From Escherichia coli (lineage in GTDB: Bacteria; Pseudomonadota; Gammaproteobacteria; Enterobacterales; Enterobacteriaceae): a stretch of DNA of 64,000 bases. Location: NCBI RefSeq assembly GCF_048403405.1, contig NZ_CP183129.1, one strand, 5' to 3'. Shown piece after piece: positions 25,031-33,470 of the stretch. The position numbers and the translations under genes were made by a program. The number at the start of each line of letters is the position of its first letter. Position 1 is the stretch's first letter. Below the pieces are notes generated by a model. The model ran no database searches. It had not been told where the DNA came from and saw only the letters and a program-made list of their open reading frames with translations.

Positions 25031-25807
25031 TTAACTAGTAGATTTGAAAGTGTATTTTGTCTGTGTGTTAAGGTTTGATATTAGAGCTTCATAGTTTTCT
25101 TTACTCAGTAAGTTTTTTGAGTAGGCCTTCTTAAGAAGGTTTTTTGAGAGAGTAATAATTTCTTTTTCACCAGTTGATGCAATTTTTGAGAAGAACTCAG
25201 AGAGCTCTTGTATATTAATATTGTTATTTGTACCAAGTTGTACGTATTGGCTATTTACAGTAGCTATGTTGAATATGTTTTGTTTTGGATGCGTTTTTTT
25301 TAGCTTTTCAATTTCAGCATGTTCTATGATTTTTTGAGAGATACTTTCAATATAACCACTAACGTCTTTTTTTTCTGGGAAGGAAAACCCATCACCTCTT
25401 AATATTTTATCTGTTTCGGCCATTTCATAGTAAAGCCTGCGAATCATCACAAGTAATAGTAATTTAGCCTCCTCGATTGACTCCTCTATTGAGAATTGAC
25501 ATTCAATTGCTAACGCGGAGGTCTGCTCTAAAACAATTTCTGAGTTATTTTCAATGTAAGGATTGATAAAACCATTCCAAAAAATTTGAACGGGAGTACC
25601 TTTAAATGCCAAACCTTGATAGCATATTTCTGTTCCATCATATGCAGTAACTTTCATGGGGGGGCCTGCATTGAAAAATCGCCATCTATGAATCAGTTTG
25701 GTTAATCTTTCGTCAATCTCCCGAACTAATTTATAAGTCCTTTTGAACAATGGGGATGGTCGCATCCCAGGAACAGCAAGAATTTCTTTTGTCACTTGAA
25801 TCTCCAT
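25031..25807 (-). CDS. Candidate system gene A: 258-aa protein, no recognisable motifs
   Basis: First gene of the two-gene minus-strand operon; Lys/Asn/Ile-rich, AT-rich coding sequence; segment KQNIFNIATVNSQYVQLGTNNNINIQELSEFF is paralogous to gene B. Confidence 0.7.
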   Translation of the reverse strand: MEIQVTKEILAVPGMRPSPLFKRTYKLVREIDERLTKLIHRWRFFNAGPPMKVTAYDGTEICYQGLAFKGTPVQIFWNGFINPYIENNSEIVLEQTSALAIECQFSIEESIEEAKLLLLVMIRRLYYEMAETDKILRGDGFSFPEKKDVSGYIESISQKIIEHAEIEKLKKTHPKQNIFNIATVNSQYVQLGTNNNINIQELSEFFSKIASTGEKEIITLSKNLLKKAYSKNLLSKENYEALISNLNTQTKYTFKSTS

Positions 25808-26054
25808 AGTTTATCAGCATTTTTGTAAATTATTTGTGTGTTAACATTCAAGACTGTTCGTAACAAAAATACCTTATTTACATCAATTTTTTGATCCATA
25901 TCTTAAATAGTGGCACTCAGACGTGAGCCGCCACTGTTGCCGTCCGATCCCCTGCGCGATGCCGGGTTGATCTGCGAGATGCCGAGAGTGTCGGGCGGCG
26001 CTCCCTCCGTGTTGGTTTCACGTCCTGAATCTTAACCAATACGAGAAAACCTTC

Positions 26055-27224
26055 ATGAAGAAATTAATCGAGCTCCGCCAGCAAAAAAACGCCCTGAAAA
26101 ACCAGATGCGATCCCTGCTGGAAAAAGCCGACAGTGAAAACCGCAGCCTGAACGATGACGAGGGCAAACAGTTTGATGAACTGCGTGCAAAAGCTGATTC
26201 CCTCGATACAGACATTTCCCGCCTCGAGTCTGTGGCTGATGAAGAACGCAGCAAGCCAGGAACGGGCATCCAGAAAGTATCATCTGATGAATTGCGTAAC
26301 TACATCGTAACCGGAGATGTGCGATCTCTGTCCACCAGCACTGACAGCGGCAGGGATGGCGGATATACCGTAATTCCTGAGCTTGATCGCGAAGTCATGC
26401 GCCAGCTACAGGATGACAGTGTTATGCGCGTGATCGCGACCGTGAAGACTGCAAAATCAAATGAGTTTCAGAAACTGGTTTCCACTGGCGGCGCAACTGT
26501 AGGACGAGGCACAGAAGGCAGCGCACGCAGTGAAACCAACACCCCGAAAATTGAACGCGTAACCATCAAGCTGAACCCGATCTACGCCTACCCGAAAACC
26601 ACGCAGGAAATCCTAGATTTTTCAGAGGTGGATATTCTGGGCTGGTTATCCTCCGAAATTGCCGACACGTTCGCCAGCACCGAAGAGGATGATTTTGTTA
26701 ATGGCAACGGTAACGGCAAGCCGAAAGGCTTCATGGCTTACACCCGTGCGGCGACCAGTGACAAAACCCGCGCTTTTGGCACCATTGAAAAAATGGTAGC
26801 GGCAAGTGGAACCGCCATTACAGCGGACGAACTGATCGACATTCTCTACAAGCTGAAAGCGAAATACCGCAAAAATGCCGTCTGGGTGATGAACTCGGGC
26901 ACGGCAGGGACACTACAGAAGCTGAAAAATGAGAACGGCGATTATATCTGGCGCGACAGCCTTAAAGAAGGTGCGCCGGATATGTTGCTTGGTCGTCCTG
27001 TTTACTGCCTGGAGTCCATGCCGGACATCGGCGCAGGAAAAGCACCGCTAGCGGTTGGCGATTTCAGTCGTGGTTATTTCATCGTTGATCATGTAACAGG
27101 GATTCGCACCCGACCGGACAACATTACTGAACCCGGATTCTACAAGGTCCACACGGATAAATATCTGGGCGGTGGTGTGGTGGATTCAAACGCCATCAAA
27201 ATTCTGGAAATGAAAGCTGGCTAG
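26055..27224 (+). CDS. Major capsid protein, HK97 fold, with N-terminal coiled-coil delta/scaffold domain
   Basis: 389 aa; coiled-coil N-terminus then conserved MCP blocks (LLGRPVYCLESMP, GDFSRGYFIVDHVTGIRTRPD, NAIKILEMKAG). Confidence 0.85.
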   Translation: MKKLIELRQQKNALKNQMRSLLEKADSENRSLNDDEGKQFDELRAKADSLDTDISRLESVADEERSKPGTGIQKVSSDELRNYIVTGDVRSLSTSTDSGRDGGYTVIPELDREVMRQLQDDSVMRVIATVKTAKSNEFQKLVSTGGATVGRGTEGSARSETNTPKIERVTIKLNPIYAYPKTTQEILDFSEVDILGWLSSEIADTFASTEEDDFVNGNGNGKPKGFMAYTRAATSDKTRAFGTIEKMVAASGTAITADELIDILYKLKAKYRKNAVWVMNSGTAGTLQKLKNENGDYIWRDSLKEGAPDMLLGRPVYCLESMPDIGAGKAPLAVGDFSRGYFIVDHVTGIRTRPDNITEPGFYKVHTDKYLGGGVVDSNAIKILEMKAG

Positions 27225-27278
27225 TCATGAGTAAGGAGGAGGCTGCGGCCTCCTTTTTCAGCTTTATGGAGTACACCG

Positions 27279-27839
27279 ATGAAAAACACCGATTTTGAAA
27301 TCCGCACATCTGAACTGACCGCCAGCAATAAAAAGCTGGTGGGGTATGCCGTTCGCTGGAACAGCCTTTCAGAAATTATCTGGGACGAATTCCGCGAACA
27401 GTTCACGCCGGGGGCTTTTGCTGACTATCTGGCGGCGGGTAATGATGTGCGCTGCCTGTATGAGCATGACTATACCCAACTGCTGGGGCGCACCAAATCC
27501 GGCACTCTGGTACTGACTGAGGATAACACCGGGTTACGTTTTGAACTGACACCGCCGGATACCCAGCTTGGAAAAGATGTGCTTACGCTGGTGGAGCGTG
27601 GCGACATTACAGGAATGAGCTTTGGTTTTCGCGCATTATGCGAGGAGTGGAGTATCGCGCAAAAACCGTATTTGCGTACCGTAACCGCCGCTGAACTCCG
27701 TGAAATCACAATAACGTCGATGCCTGCTTATCCAGAATCTGGCGTGGAGATTGCCCACCGTTCGTTGTTTGCACAGCACCCTGAATTATGCCCGACAGGA
27801 AATAATCGTCATCGCTGGTCTGAGCTGGCGGGGTTGTGA
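27279..27839 (+). CDS. Prohead maturation protease, HK97 family
   Basis: 186 aa; pattern FEIR...GYAVRWN...GAF...LYEHD...LGRT...GMSFGFR...MPAYPE typical of HK97 prohead protease. Confidence 0.8.
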   Translation: MKNTDFEIRTSELTASNKKLVGYAVRWNSLSEIIWDEFREQFTPGAFADYLAAGNDVRCLYEHDYTQLLGRTKSGTLVLTEDNTGLRFELTPPDTQLGKDVLTLVERGDITGMSFGFRALCEEWSIAQKPYLRTVTAAELREITITSMPAYPESGVEIAHRSLFAQHPELCPTGNNRHRWSELAGL

Positions 27840-27840
27840 T

Positions 27841-29055
27841 ATGTGGTGGCCTTTTAGTCGTAAAAAAAGCGAGCAGCGTAACCTGTCCATTGATGATTTT
27901 CTGGCGCTGTCCGGCGTACCGAATACCGGATCCGGAGAATATGTTTCTGCCGGGACGGCTGAATCATTGCCTGCAGTGATGAATGCGGTTTCTGTCATCG
28001 CTGAGGCGGTGGCCACGATGCCGTGTTATCTGTATCTGGTACGTAATGACAAGGGCAGGGAGGCGCGGGAATGGCTGGACAGTCACCCGGTAGATATTCT
28101 GCTGAATGAGCAGCCTAATTCGTGCCAGACACCTTACCAGTTTAAACGCACAATGATGCGTCACTGCCTGCTGAACGGTAACGCCTATGCGGTTATTGAG
28201 TGGGGGCAGGACGGGCAGCCAAAATCACTTCATCCTTATGCGCCGGGGTGTGTTGTACCGGAACGCACAGGCGCACACAAATACCGCTATACCATCACCG
28301 AACCCTATACAGGAACGGTGCGCACGTATTTACAGGAAGAAGTTCTGCATCTCCGCTATGCCTCGGATGATGGCTTTCTGGGGCGCTCCCCCGTCACGAT
28401 TTGCCGTGAGGCACTTGGGCTTGGCCTTGCTCAACAGCGCCACGGAGCCAGCATTATGAAAGATGGCATGATGGCGGCAGGGATTATCACGTCAGGCGAA
28501 TGGCTGGACGGCGTGAAAGGTAAACAGGCATTGGATGCTCTGGAACGCTACAAGGGGGCGAAAAATGCCGGAAAAACGCCAATCCTTGAAGGGGGCATGG
28601 ATTACAGGCAACTGGGAATGAGTAACCAGGATGCGGAATGGCTGGCCTCCCGTCGCTTCTCCATTGAAGACATCGCCCGCATGTTCAACGTATCGCCTAT
28701 TTTTCTGCAGGAATACAGCAACAGCACCTACAGCAATTTCAGCGAGGCAAGCCGCGCGTTTCTGACCATGACAATGCGCCCGTGGCTGGCGAACTTCGAA
28801 CAGCAAATCAAGGCCGCTTTGCTGGTGGCTTCTCCCGTACCTGGTACCCGTTATCTGGTTGAGTTTGATTCAGCCGATTTATTACGCGCCACACCCACCG
28901 AACGTTATGCCACGTATGAGAAAGGGATTAAGAACGGGATCATGAATCCGAACGAAGCCCGTGAGCGTGAGGGTATGCCGCCGCGTGAAGGTGGTGATGA
29001 GTTCAGCCAGGCATGGAAACAGACTGTGGAAATTAAAGGGAGAAAAGATGAGTGA
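27841..29055 (+). CDS. Portal protein, HK97 family
   Basis: 404 aa from MWWPFSRKK, starting 2 nt after the protease stop; the track ORF's upstream extension overlaps the protease. Confidence 0.8.
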   Translation: MWWPFSRKKSEQRNLSIDDFLALSGVPNTGSGEYVSAGTAESLPAVMNAVSVIAEAVATMPCYLYLVRNDKGREAREWLDSHPVDILLNEQPNSCQTPYQFKRTMMRHCLLNGNAYAVIEWGQDGQPKSLHPYAPGCVVPERTGAHKYRYTITEPYTGTVRTYLQEEVLHLRYASDDGFLGRSPVTICREALGLGLAQQRHGASIMKDGMMAAGIITSGEWLDGVKGKQALDALERYKGAKNAGKTPILEGGMDYRQLGMSNQDAEWLASRRFSIEDIARMFNVSPIFLQEYSNSTYSNFSEASRAFLTMTMRPWLANFEQQIKAALLVASPVPGTRYLVEFDSADLLRATPTERYATYEKGIKNGIMNPNEAREREGMPPREGGDEFSQAWKQTVEIKGRKDE

Positions 29056-29350
29056 AGCCAGAATTACACCTGATGAAGTCAGGGCACATCTTCGACTTGA
29101 TGATGATTTATCCGGTGAAGGCGAACTTCTGAAAATGTATACCGATGCGGCGCTGGAAGCCTGCCAGAAGCATATCGGGAAACGTTTTGAAGACGGGCTG
29201 GAATTTACCCCGGCAATGCGTGTTGGTTGCCTGATGTACATCGCTTTCCTGTACGAGAACCGGGAAGCGGTTTCACCAGTGGAGCACTCGGAACTGCCTA
29301 TGGCTATTTCTGCGCTCTGGTCAGTTTATCGTGACGTAGGGGTGTACTGA
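29048..29350 (+). CDS. Head-tail connector (gp6-like) protein
   Basis: 100 aa, MSEARITPDEVRAHLRLDDDLSGEGELLKMYTDAALEACQKHIGKRF; start overlaps the portal stop. Confidence 0.7.
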   Translation: MSEARITPDEVRAHLRLDDDLSGEGELLKMYTDAALEACQKHIGKRFEDGLEFTPAMRVGCLMYIAFLYENREAVSPVEHSELPMAISALWSVYRDVGVY

Positions 29351-29790
29351 TGCCGTGGCAACCATTAAGGCGATGCACTGAGCCTGGCTGTAATAAGCGC
29401 GTGAAGTCCGGCAAGTGTGAAGAGCACAGGCGGGCTGCATGGCGTGCAGAGGATGCCAGACGGGGACACCGCCGCGCGCGCGGGTATTCCCGACAGTGGG
29501 ACAAATACCGCGCCCTGTACCTGAGCAAAAACCCGTTATGCGTGCGTTGTCTGGCTAAGGGGATTTATACGCCAGCTCTTGTGGTGGATCACATCATTCC
29601 CATCAATGGCGGCGGTGATGTTCTCTTCTGGCCTGAGTGGAATCACCAGGCATTGTGCCAGACGTGCCACAACCGTAAGACGACACGGGAAGATCCAGCC
29701 ACGAAAGCAAACCGTAAAGCGGGCATGTATCACGAGCAGGAAGAACGGGCGGCACACCGTAACGACTGGATGTATGGCGATGATGACTGA
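29350..29790 (+). CDS. HNH endonuclease (cos-packaging accessory nuclease)
   Basis: 146 aa; Cys-rich HNH core CVRCLAKG...VVDHIIPINGGGD...NHQALCQTCHNRKT. Confidence 0.85.
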   Translation: MPWQPLRRCTEPGCNKRVKSGKCEEHRRAAWRAEDARRGHRRARGYSRQWDKYRALYLSKNPLCVRCLAKGIYTPALVVDHIIPINGGGDVLFWPEWNHQALCQTCHNRKTTREDPATKANRKAGMYHEQEERAAHRNDWMYGDDD

Positions 29791-29960
29791 ACAGGAGCAA
29801 ACCAGGCTGATACGTGGACTGATAAGGCAGCGTGACACATGGAAGACACAGGAGACAGAGCACAAAGCCAACAGGACAGGGCGCACAAAACTCACCACAG
29901 CGAAGCGATTAACCGACCGTGACCGCGAGGTCATGGAATGTTTTCGCAATCGCTGGTGAG

Positions 29961-30026
29961 GCCGTCAGAGGGGGTGGGGGTGGTTTTCAGGACGAAACCG
30001 TCCCTGCCGGACACCGACCGCCCCCT
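29961..30026. other. Candidate cos/packaging site between HNH and terS
   Basis: G-tract gagggggtgggggtgg and complementary C-tract ccgccccctc flanking palindrome ggacgaaaccgtcc, in the 290 bp gap upstream of terS. Confidence 0.35.
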
Positions 30027-30078
30027 CAAATTTTTGTGCACGGTAATTTTTTTGAAAATAATTGGGCGAAAAAAGAAC

Positions 30079-30435
30079 ATGGCAAGACCACCAAAAGCCC
30101 CCGCTTACCTGGATGAAATCGCGGTCAGGCAGTGGAAGGAAAAATCGCGCCAGCTTTCCGGGCGGGAAGACCTTACCCCCGCCGACTGGAGCAATCTGGA
30201 ACTGTATTGTGTTAACTACTCCATATACCGCAAAGCCGTCGAAGACCTTGCGACGCGCGGGTTCAGCATTGTTAACAGTCAGGGCAGCGAGAGCAGAAAC
30301 CCCGCACTGAGCGCAAAGGCTGACGCAGAAAGAATAATGATCAAAATGGCTTCTTTGCTGGGTTTTGACCCGGTAAGCCGTCGCAGAAATCCACCGGAAA
30401 CAGAGGAAGAGGACGAACTTGACCGCCTGGCATGA
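30079..30435 (+). CDS. Terminase small subunit (P27-family-like)
   Basis: 118 aa from MARPPKAPAYLDEIAVRQWKEK; directly upstream of and overlapping terL; acidic C-terminus. Confidence 0.75.
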   Translation: MARPPKAPAYLDEIAVRQWKEKSRQLSGREDLTPADWSNLELYCVNYSIYRKAVEDLATRGFSIVNSQGSESRNPALSAKADAERIMIKMASLLGFDPVSRRRNPPETEEEDELDRLA

Positions 30436-32080
30436 GTACGCAGAAGGCGTAAAAAACGGCAAAATTACGGCCTGTAAACGACTGAAACAGGCCGTTAAAC
30501 GGTATTTTTCTGACCTTGAAAACTCCCTTTACACGTTCGATCCGGAGGTCGTGGAGCGGTTTATTGCCTTTTCCCGGGTGTGTCCGCACGTAAAAGGCGC
30601 AATGCGCGGTAGTCCCATTGAACTGGAGCCGTGGCAGCAGTTCGCCTTTGCCTGCATCCTGGGCTTTAAGGTTAAGGCCACCGGACGGCGCAAATACACC
30701 AGCGCATTCATTGAAGTACCGCGAAAAAATGCCAAATCCACGGTCGCCGCTATCCTGGCTAACTGGTTTCTGGTTATGGAAAACGGGCAGCAGGATATTT
30801 ACACCGCCGCCGTGAGTCGTGATCAGGCGCGGATCGTGTTTGATGATGCGCGTCAGATGTGCCTTTTATCCCGACCGTTACGAAAGCGGGTAAATATTCA
30901 GGCACACAAGGTGATACACCCGAAAACTAACAGCCTGTTAAAGCCACTGGCAGCAAAAGCGGCAACCATTGAAGGTACAAATCCGAGTCTTGCCATTGTG
31001 GATGAATATCACCTGCACCCTGACAACGGGGTTTATTCCGCACTTGAGCTGGGGATGGGGGCGCGTCCGGAGGGGCTGTTATTTGCCATCACCACATCGG
31101 GGAGCAACGTTGTTTCAGCCTGTAAACAACACTATGACTATTGCTGTCAGATACTGGATGGTGAAGAGATGAACGAATCCATGTTCGTTCTGATTTACGA
31201 GCTGGATGATGAAAGCGAGGTTGACGATCCGGCCATGTGGATAAAGGCGAATCCAAATATCGATGTTTCCGTCGATCGTGAAAAACTGGCCTCAACCATC
31301 CAGAAAGCGCGGGGTATTCCGTCGCAGTGGGTGGAAATGCTCACCAAGCGATTCAATATCTGGTGTCAGGGGGCTACGCCGTGGATGGGTAACGGTGCAT
31401 GGGCGGAGTGCGCCGGAACGTTCGCGGAGGCGGATTTATACGGGCAGGAGTGCTACGCGGGACTGGACTTATCATCAACCAGCGATATTTCCAGCGTGTG
31501 CTATGCCTTTCCGGTCGGTAAAAAGATTATGCTGGTTTCCCGTCACTATCTGCCGGAATTTCAGCTACAGAACCCCGCCAATAAAAACCGCGCCATCTAT
31601 CGCCAGTGGGTAAAGGCGGGCTGGATACGCACAACACCGGGTGACTGCATTGATTATGACCGTATCCGTGATGACATCATGGCGGATGCAGAGAATTTCA
31701 ATATCAGGCTGGTGGGCTTCGATACATGGAACGCCACGCACCTGAGGACGCAGCTACAGGGGGCAGGATTTGAGGTGGAGCCGTTCCCGCAAACATACCT
31801 TCGTTTCAGTCCGGCGGCGAAATCGTTCGAAGTTTTTGTTAACCGGAAGGTGATTGTGCATCGTGGTGATCCGGTGCTGGCCTGGTCAATGAGTAATGTT
31901 GTGATGCAGAGTGACGCGAACGCCAATATCAAGCCGAACAAGAAAAAATCATCCAACAAGATAGACCCGAGCGTTGCGGCGCTGATGGCGTTTGGCACAT
32001 TCCAGGCAGAGCATGAGGAATTTGCATTTGATATGAGCGACAGCCACAAAGAGCGACTTGCGGCGTTTGATGGGGTATGA
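30419..32080 (+). CDS. Terminase large subunit
   Basis: 553 aa; ATPase N-terminal domain and nuclease C-terminal domain typical of TerL. Confidence 0.85.
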   Translation: MTAWHEYAEGVKNGKITACKRLKQAVKRYFSDLENSLYTFDPEVVERFIAFSRVCPHVKGAMRGSPIELEPWQQFAFACILGFKVKATGRRKYTSAFIEVPRKNAKSTVAAILANWFLVMENGQQDIYTAAVSRDQARIVFDDARQMCLLSRPLRKRVNIQAHKVIHPKTNSLLKPLAAKAATIEGTNPSLAIVDEYHLHPDNGVYSALELGMGARPEGLLFAITTSGSNVVSACKQHYDYCCQILDGEEMNESMFVLIYELDDESEVDDPAMWIKANPNIDVSVDREKLASTIQKARGIPSQWVEMLTKRFNIWCQGATPWMGNGAWAECAGTFAEADLYGQECYAGLDLSSTSDISSVCYAFPVGKKIMLVSRHYLPEFQLQNPANKNRAIYRQWVKAGWIRTTPGDCIDYDRIRDDIMADAENFNIRLVGFDTWNATHLRTQLQGAGFEVEPFPQTYLRFSPAAKSFEVFVNRKVIVHRGDPVLAWSMSNVVMQSDANANIKPNKKKSSNKIDPSVAALMAFGTFQAEHEEFAFDMSDSHKERLAAFDGV

Positions 32081-32367
32081 CGAGAATGACTGAAACTGAT
32101 CTACTAAAAATAATTCGCCGCATTACCGGAATCAGTCAGCAGCCTGACGAACAGGCTACACAGCCGGACAGCGTGATAGCCGAAAATTACGCGCGTGTGG
32201 TGGCTGAGGTGATGCGCCGTGACGGTATTGAGCTTAACGGCGTGGATATGCGCAACATACGAACCAGAGTCCTTGAGTTGCTGGCATACCGTCGCCGTTC
32301 TCAACAACGGAGGGAGAGCGCGAAAAATACTTACCAGTGGAAGAAGCCGGAACGACTGCGGCGGTAA
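32077..32367 (+). CDS. Hypothetical protein (96 aa), translationally coupled to terL
   Basis: ATGA overlap with the terL stop; basic C-terminus; possibly a head-completion protein. Confidence 0.5.
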   Translation: MTRMTETDLLKIIRRITGISQQPDEQATQPDSVIAENYARVVAEVMRRDGIELNGVDMRNIRTRVLELLAYRRRSQQRRESAKNTYQWKKPERLRR

Positions 32368-32408
32368 CTTGCTGATATTCCCGATAACGCAAAATTGCGT
32401 TGGCTGGC
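32366..32408 (+). repeat. Copy 1 of a 43 bp imperfect direct repeat in the right-end non-coding region, followed by palindrome TGCAAATTTGCA (32414-32425)
   Basis: taacttgctgatattcccgataacgcaaaattgcgttggctgg versus copy 2 at 32669-32711, about 35 of 43 identical by eye. Confidence 0.6.
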
Positions 32409-32668
32409 ATAGTGCAAATTTGCACGATGACCTAACCCATTGACTTTTCTTCAATCCTCAATTTTGAGGAGGCCGGAAGATAAAAAACTGTCAAAACTTG
32501 TCATGCAAAACGTTACCAGCACGGCTATTGATTTATTCGGCCCCTGCAACTGCTCCCAGAATGGTGGGGATCTGAAATCCGACCCTGAAAAAGTGCGCAA
32601 AAGTGGTACGCAAAAATTAGCGTCCAGCCACAGCCACCAGCTAGACAGAACGCCCAGAGCATTGTCAG

Positions 32669-32711
32669 TAACTGGTTGATATTCCCGACAGCCCCAAAAT
32701 GGGTTGGCTGG
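32669..32711 (+). repeat. Copy 2 of the 43 bp imperfect direct repeat, followed by palindrome TTGCAGATCTGCAA (32720-32733)
   Basis: taactggttgatattcccgacagccccaaaatgggttggctgg. Confidence 0.6.
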
Positions 32712-33058
32712 TGGGTGAGTTGCAGATCTGCAACTCGACCATGAAACTACGGAAACTACCCGTAGTTTGGGTAGTAAGAGTAACACCCAGATTCTGGGGC
32801 TTACTCGCGATACCCAAATAAAGGGTATCGGTGGACGAAATATTATTTCTCATATGTGAGCACCGAAGGCGGAATTCCGCCCTCGGTTATCTATCATGCA
32901 CAGGGAGAAGCAGGGCAAAACTCTTGCCATGGCGTCTTCCGGACCGCTCACCACACCGTTTTTATCCCCATTAAAAATGAAAAAACACATCACTGCGGAG
33001 ACATAACCACTGGCAGGTATCTATTCTATTTATTATTGTTCGGTTTCGTTCGTGCTTA

Positions 33059-33080
33059 TGTGCAGTCAGTGGTGCAGTCA
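33059..33080 (+). repeat. Candidate integrase arm-type site (right copy), 5 bp from attR
   Basis: tgtgcagtcagtggtgcagtca identical to 18008-18029. Confidence 0.55.
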
Positions 33081-33085
33081 TTTTA

Positions 33086-33165
33086 ATAAAAAAGGCGCTT
33101 CCCCATGCCGAGTAGCGCCTTTTTAATCAAGCATTTAGCTAACCTGAATTAGTTCATGCCGTATT
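33086..33165. repeat. attR: 80 bp direct repeat overlapping the last 17 nt of fis and its terminator
   Basis: Identical to 17801-17880; the fis stop codon (33149-33151) lies inside the repeat. Confidence 0.9.
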
Positions 33166-33445
33166 TTTTCAATTTTTTACGCAGCGTACCACGGTTGATG
33201 CCCATCATCAGCGCAGCACGGGTCTGGTTACCACGGGTGTATTGCATCACCATGTCCAACAGGGGCTGTTCTACTTCAGCCAGTACCAGCTCATAGAGGT
33301 CATTCACATCCTGACCGTTCAGTTGAGCAAAATAGTTCTTCAGTGCCTGTTTAACCGAGTCACGCAGGGGTTTTTGGGTTACCTGATCCTGAGAGTTAAC
33401 GGTAGAAACGGTCAGTACGTCAGAATTTACGCGTTGTTCGAACAT
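33149..33445 (-). CDS. fis: Nucleoid-associated protein / global regulator Fis
   Basis: 98 aa [39 protein letters not shown]...[17 protein letters not shown]. Confidence 0.97.
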
Positions 33446-33470
33446 AGTTCTGTCAGCTCTTTATTTCTGT

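Larger units (their letters stand above)
17801..33165. mobile_element. Integrated phage satellite of capsid-forming PICI type (cf-PICI-like), about 15.4 kb, inserted at the 3' end of fis
   Basis: Bounded by 80 bp perfect direct repeats (17801-17880 and 33086-33165); interrupts the otherwise contiguous yhdJ-fis junction; encodes integrase, AlpA, primase, iteron ori, capsid, protease, portal, connector, HNH, TerS and TerL, with no tail or lysis genes. Confidence 0.85.

Noticed and set aside
25031-25807. R-x5-H (RLTKLIH) near the N-terminus of candidate protein A as a possible HEPN nuclease motif
   Set aside because: A single short pattern without the surrounding helical HEPN context; too weak to call a nuclease domain from sequence alone
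29579-29959. Long overlapping ORFs on both strands across the HNH gene (29536-29949 minus, 29579-29959 plus, 29603-29863 minus)
   Set aside because: Shadow ORFs of the HNH coding region; only the short 29774-29959 segment is kept as a low-confidence possibility in a finding
32451-33086. ORFs 32451-32786 (minus) and 32856-33086 (plus) in the right-end region of the island
   Set aside because: No convincing RBS, odd composition, and they overlap dense inverted and direct repeats; region treated as non-coding and structured
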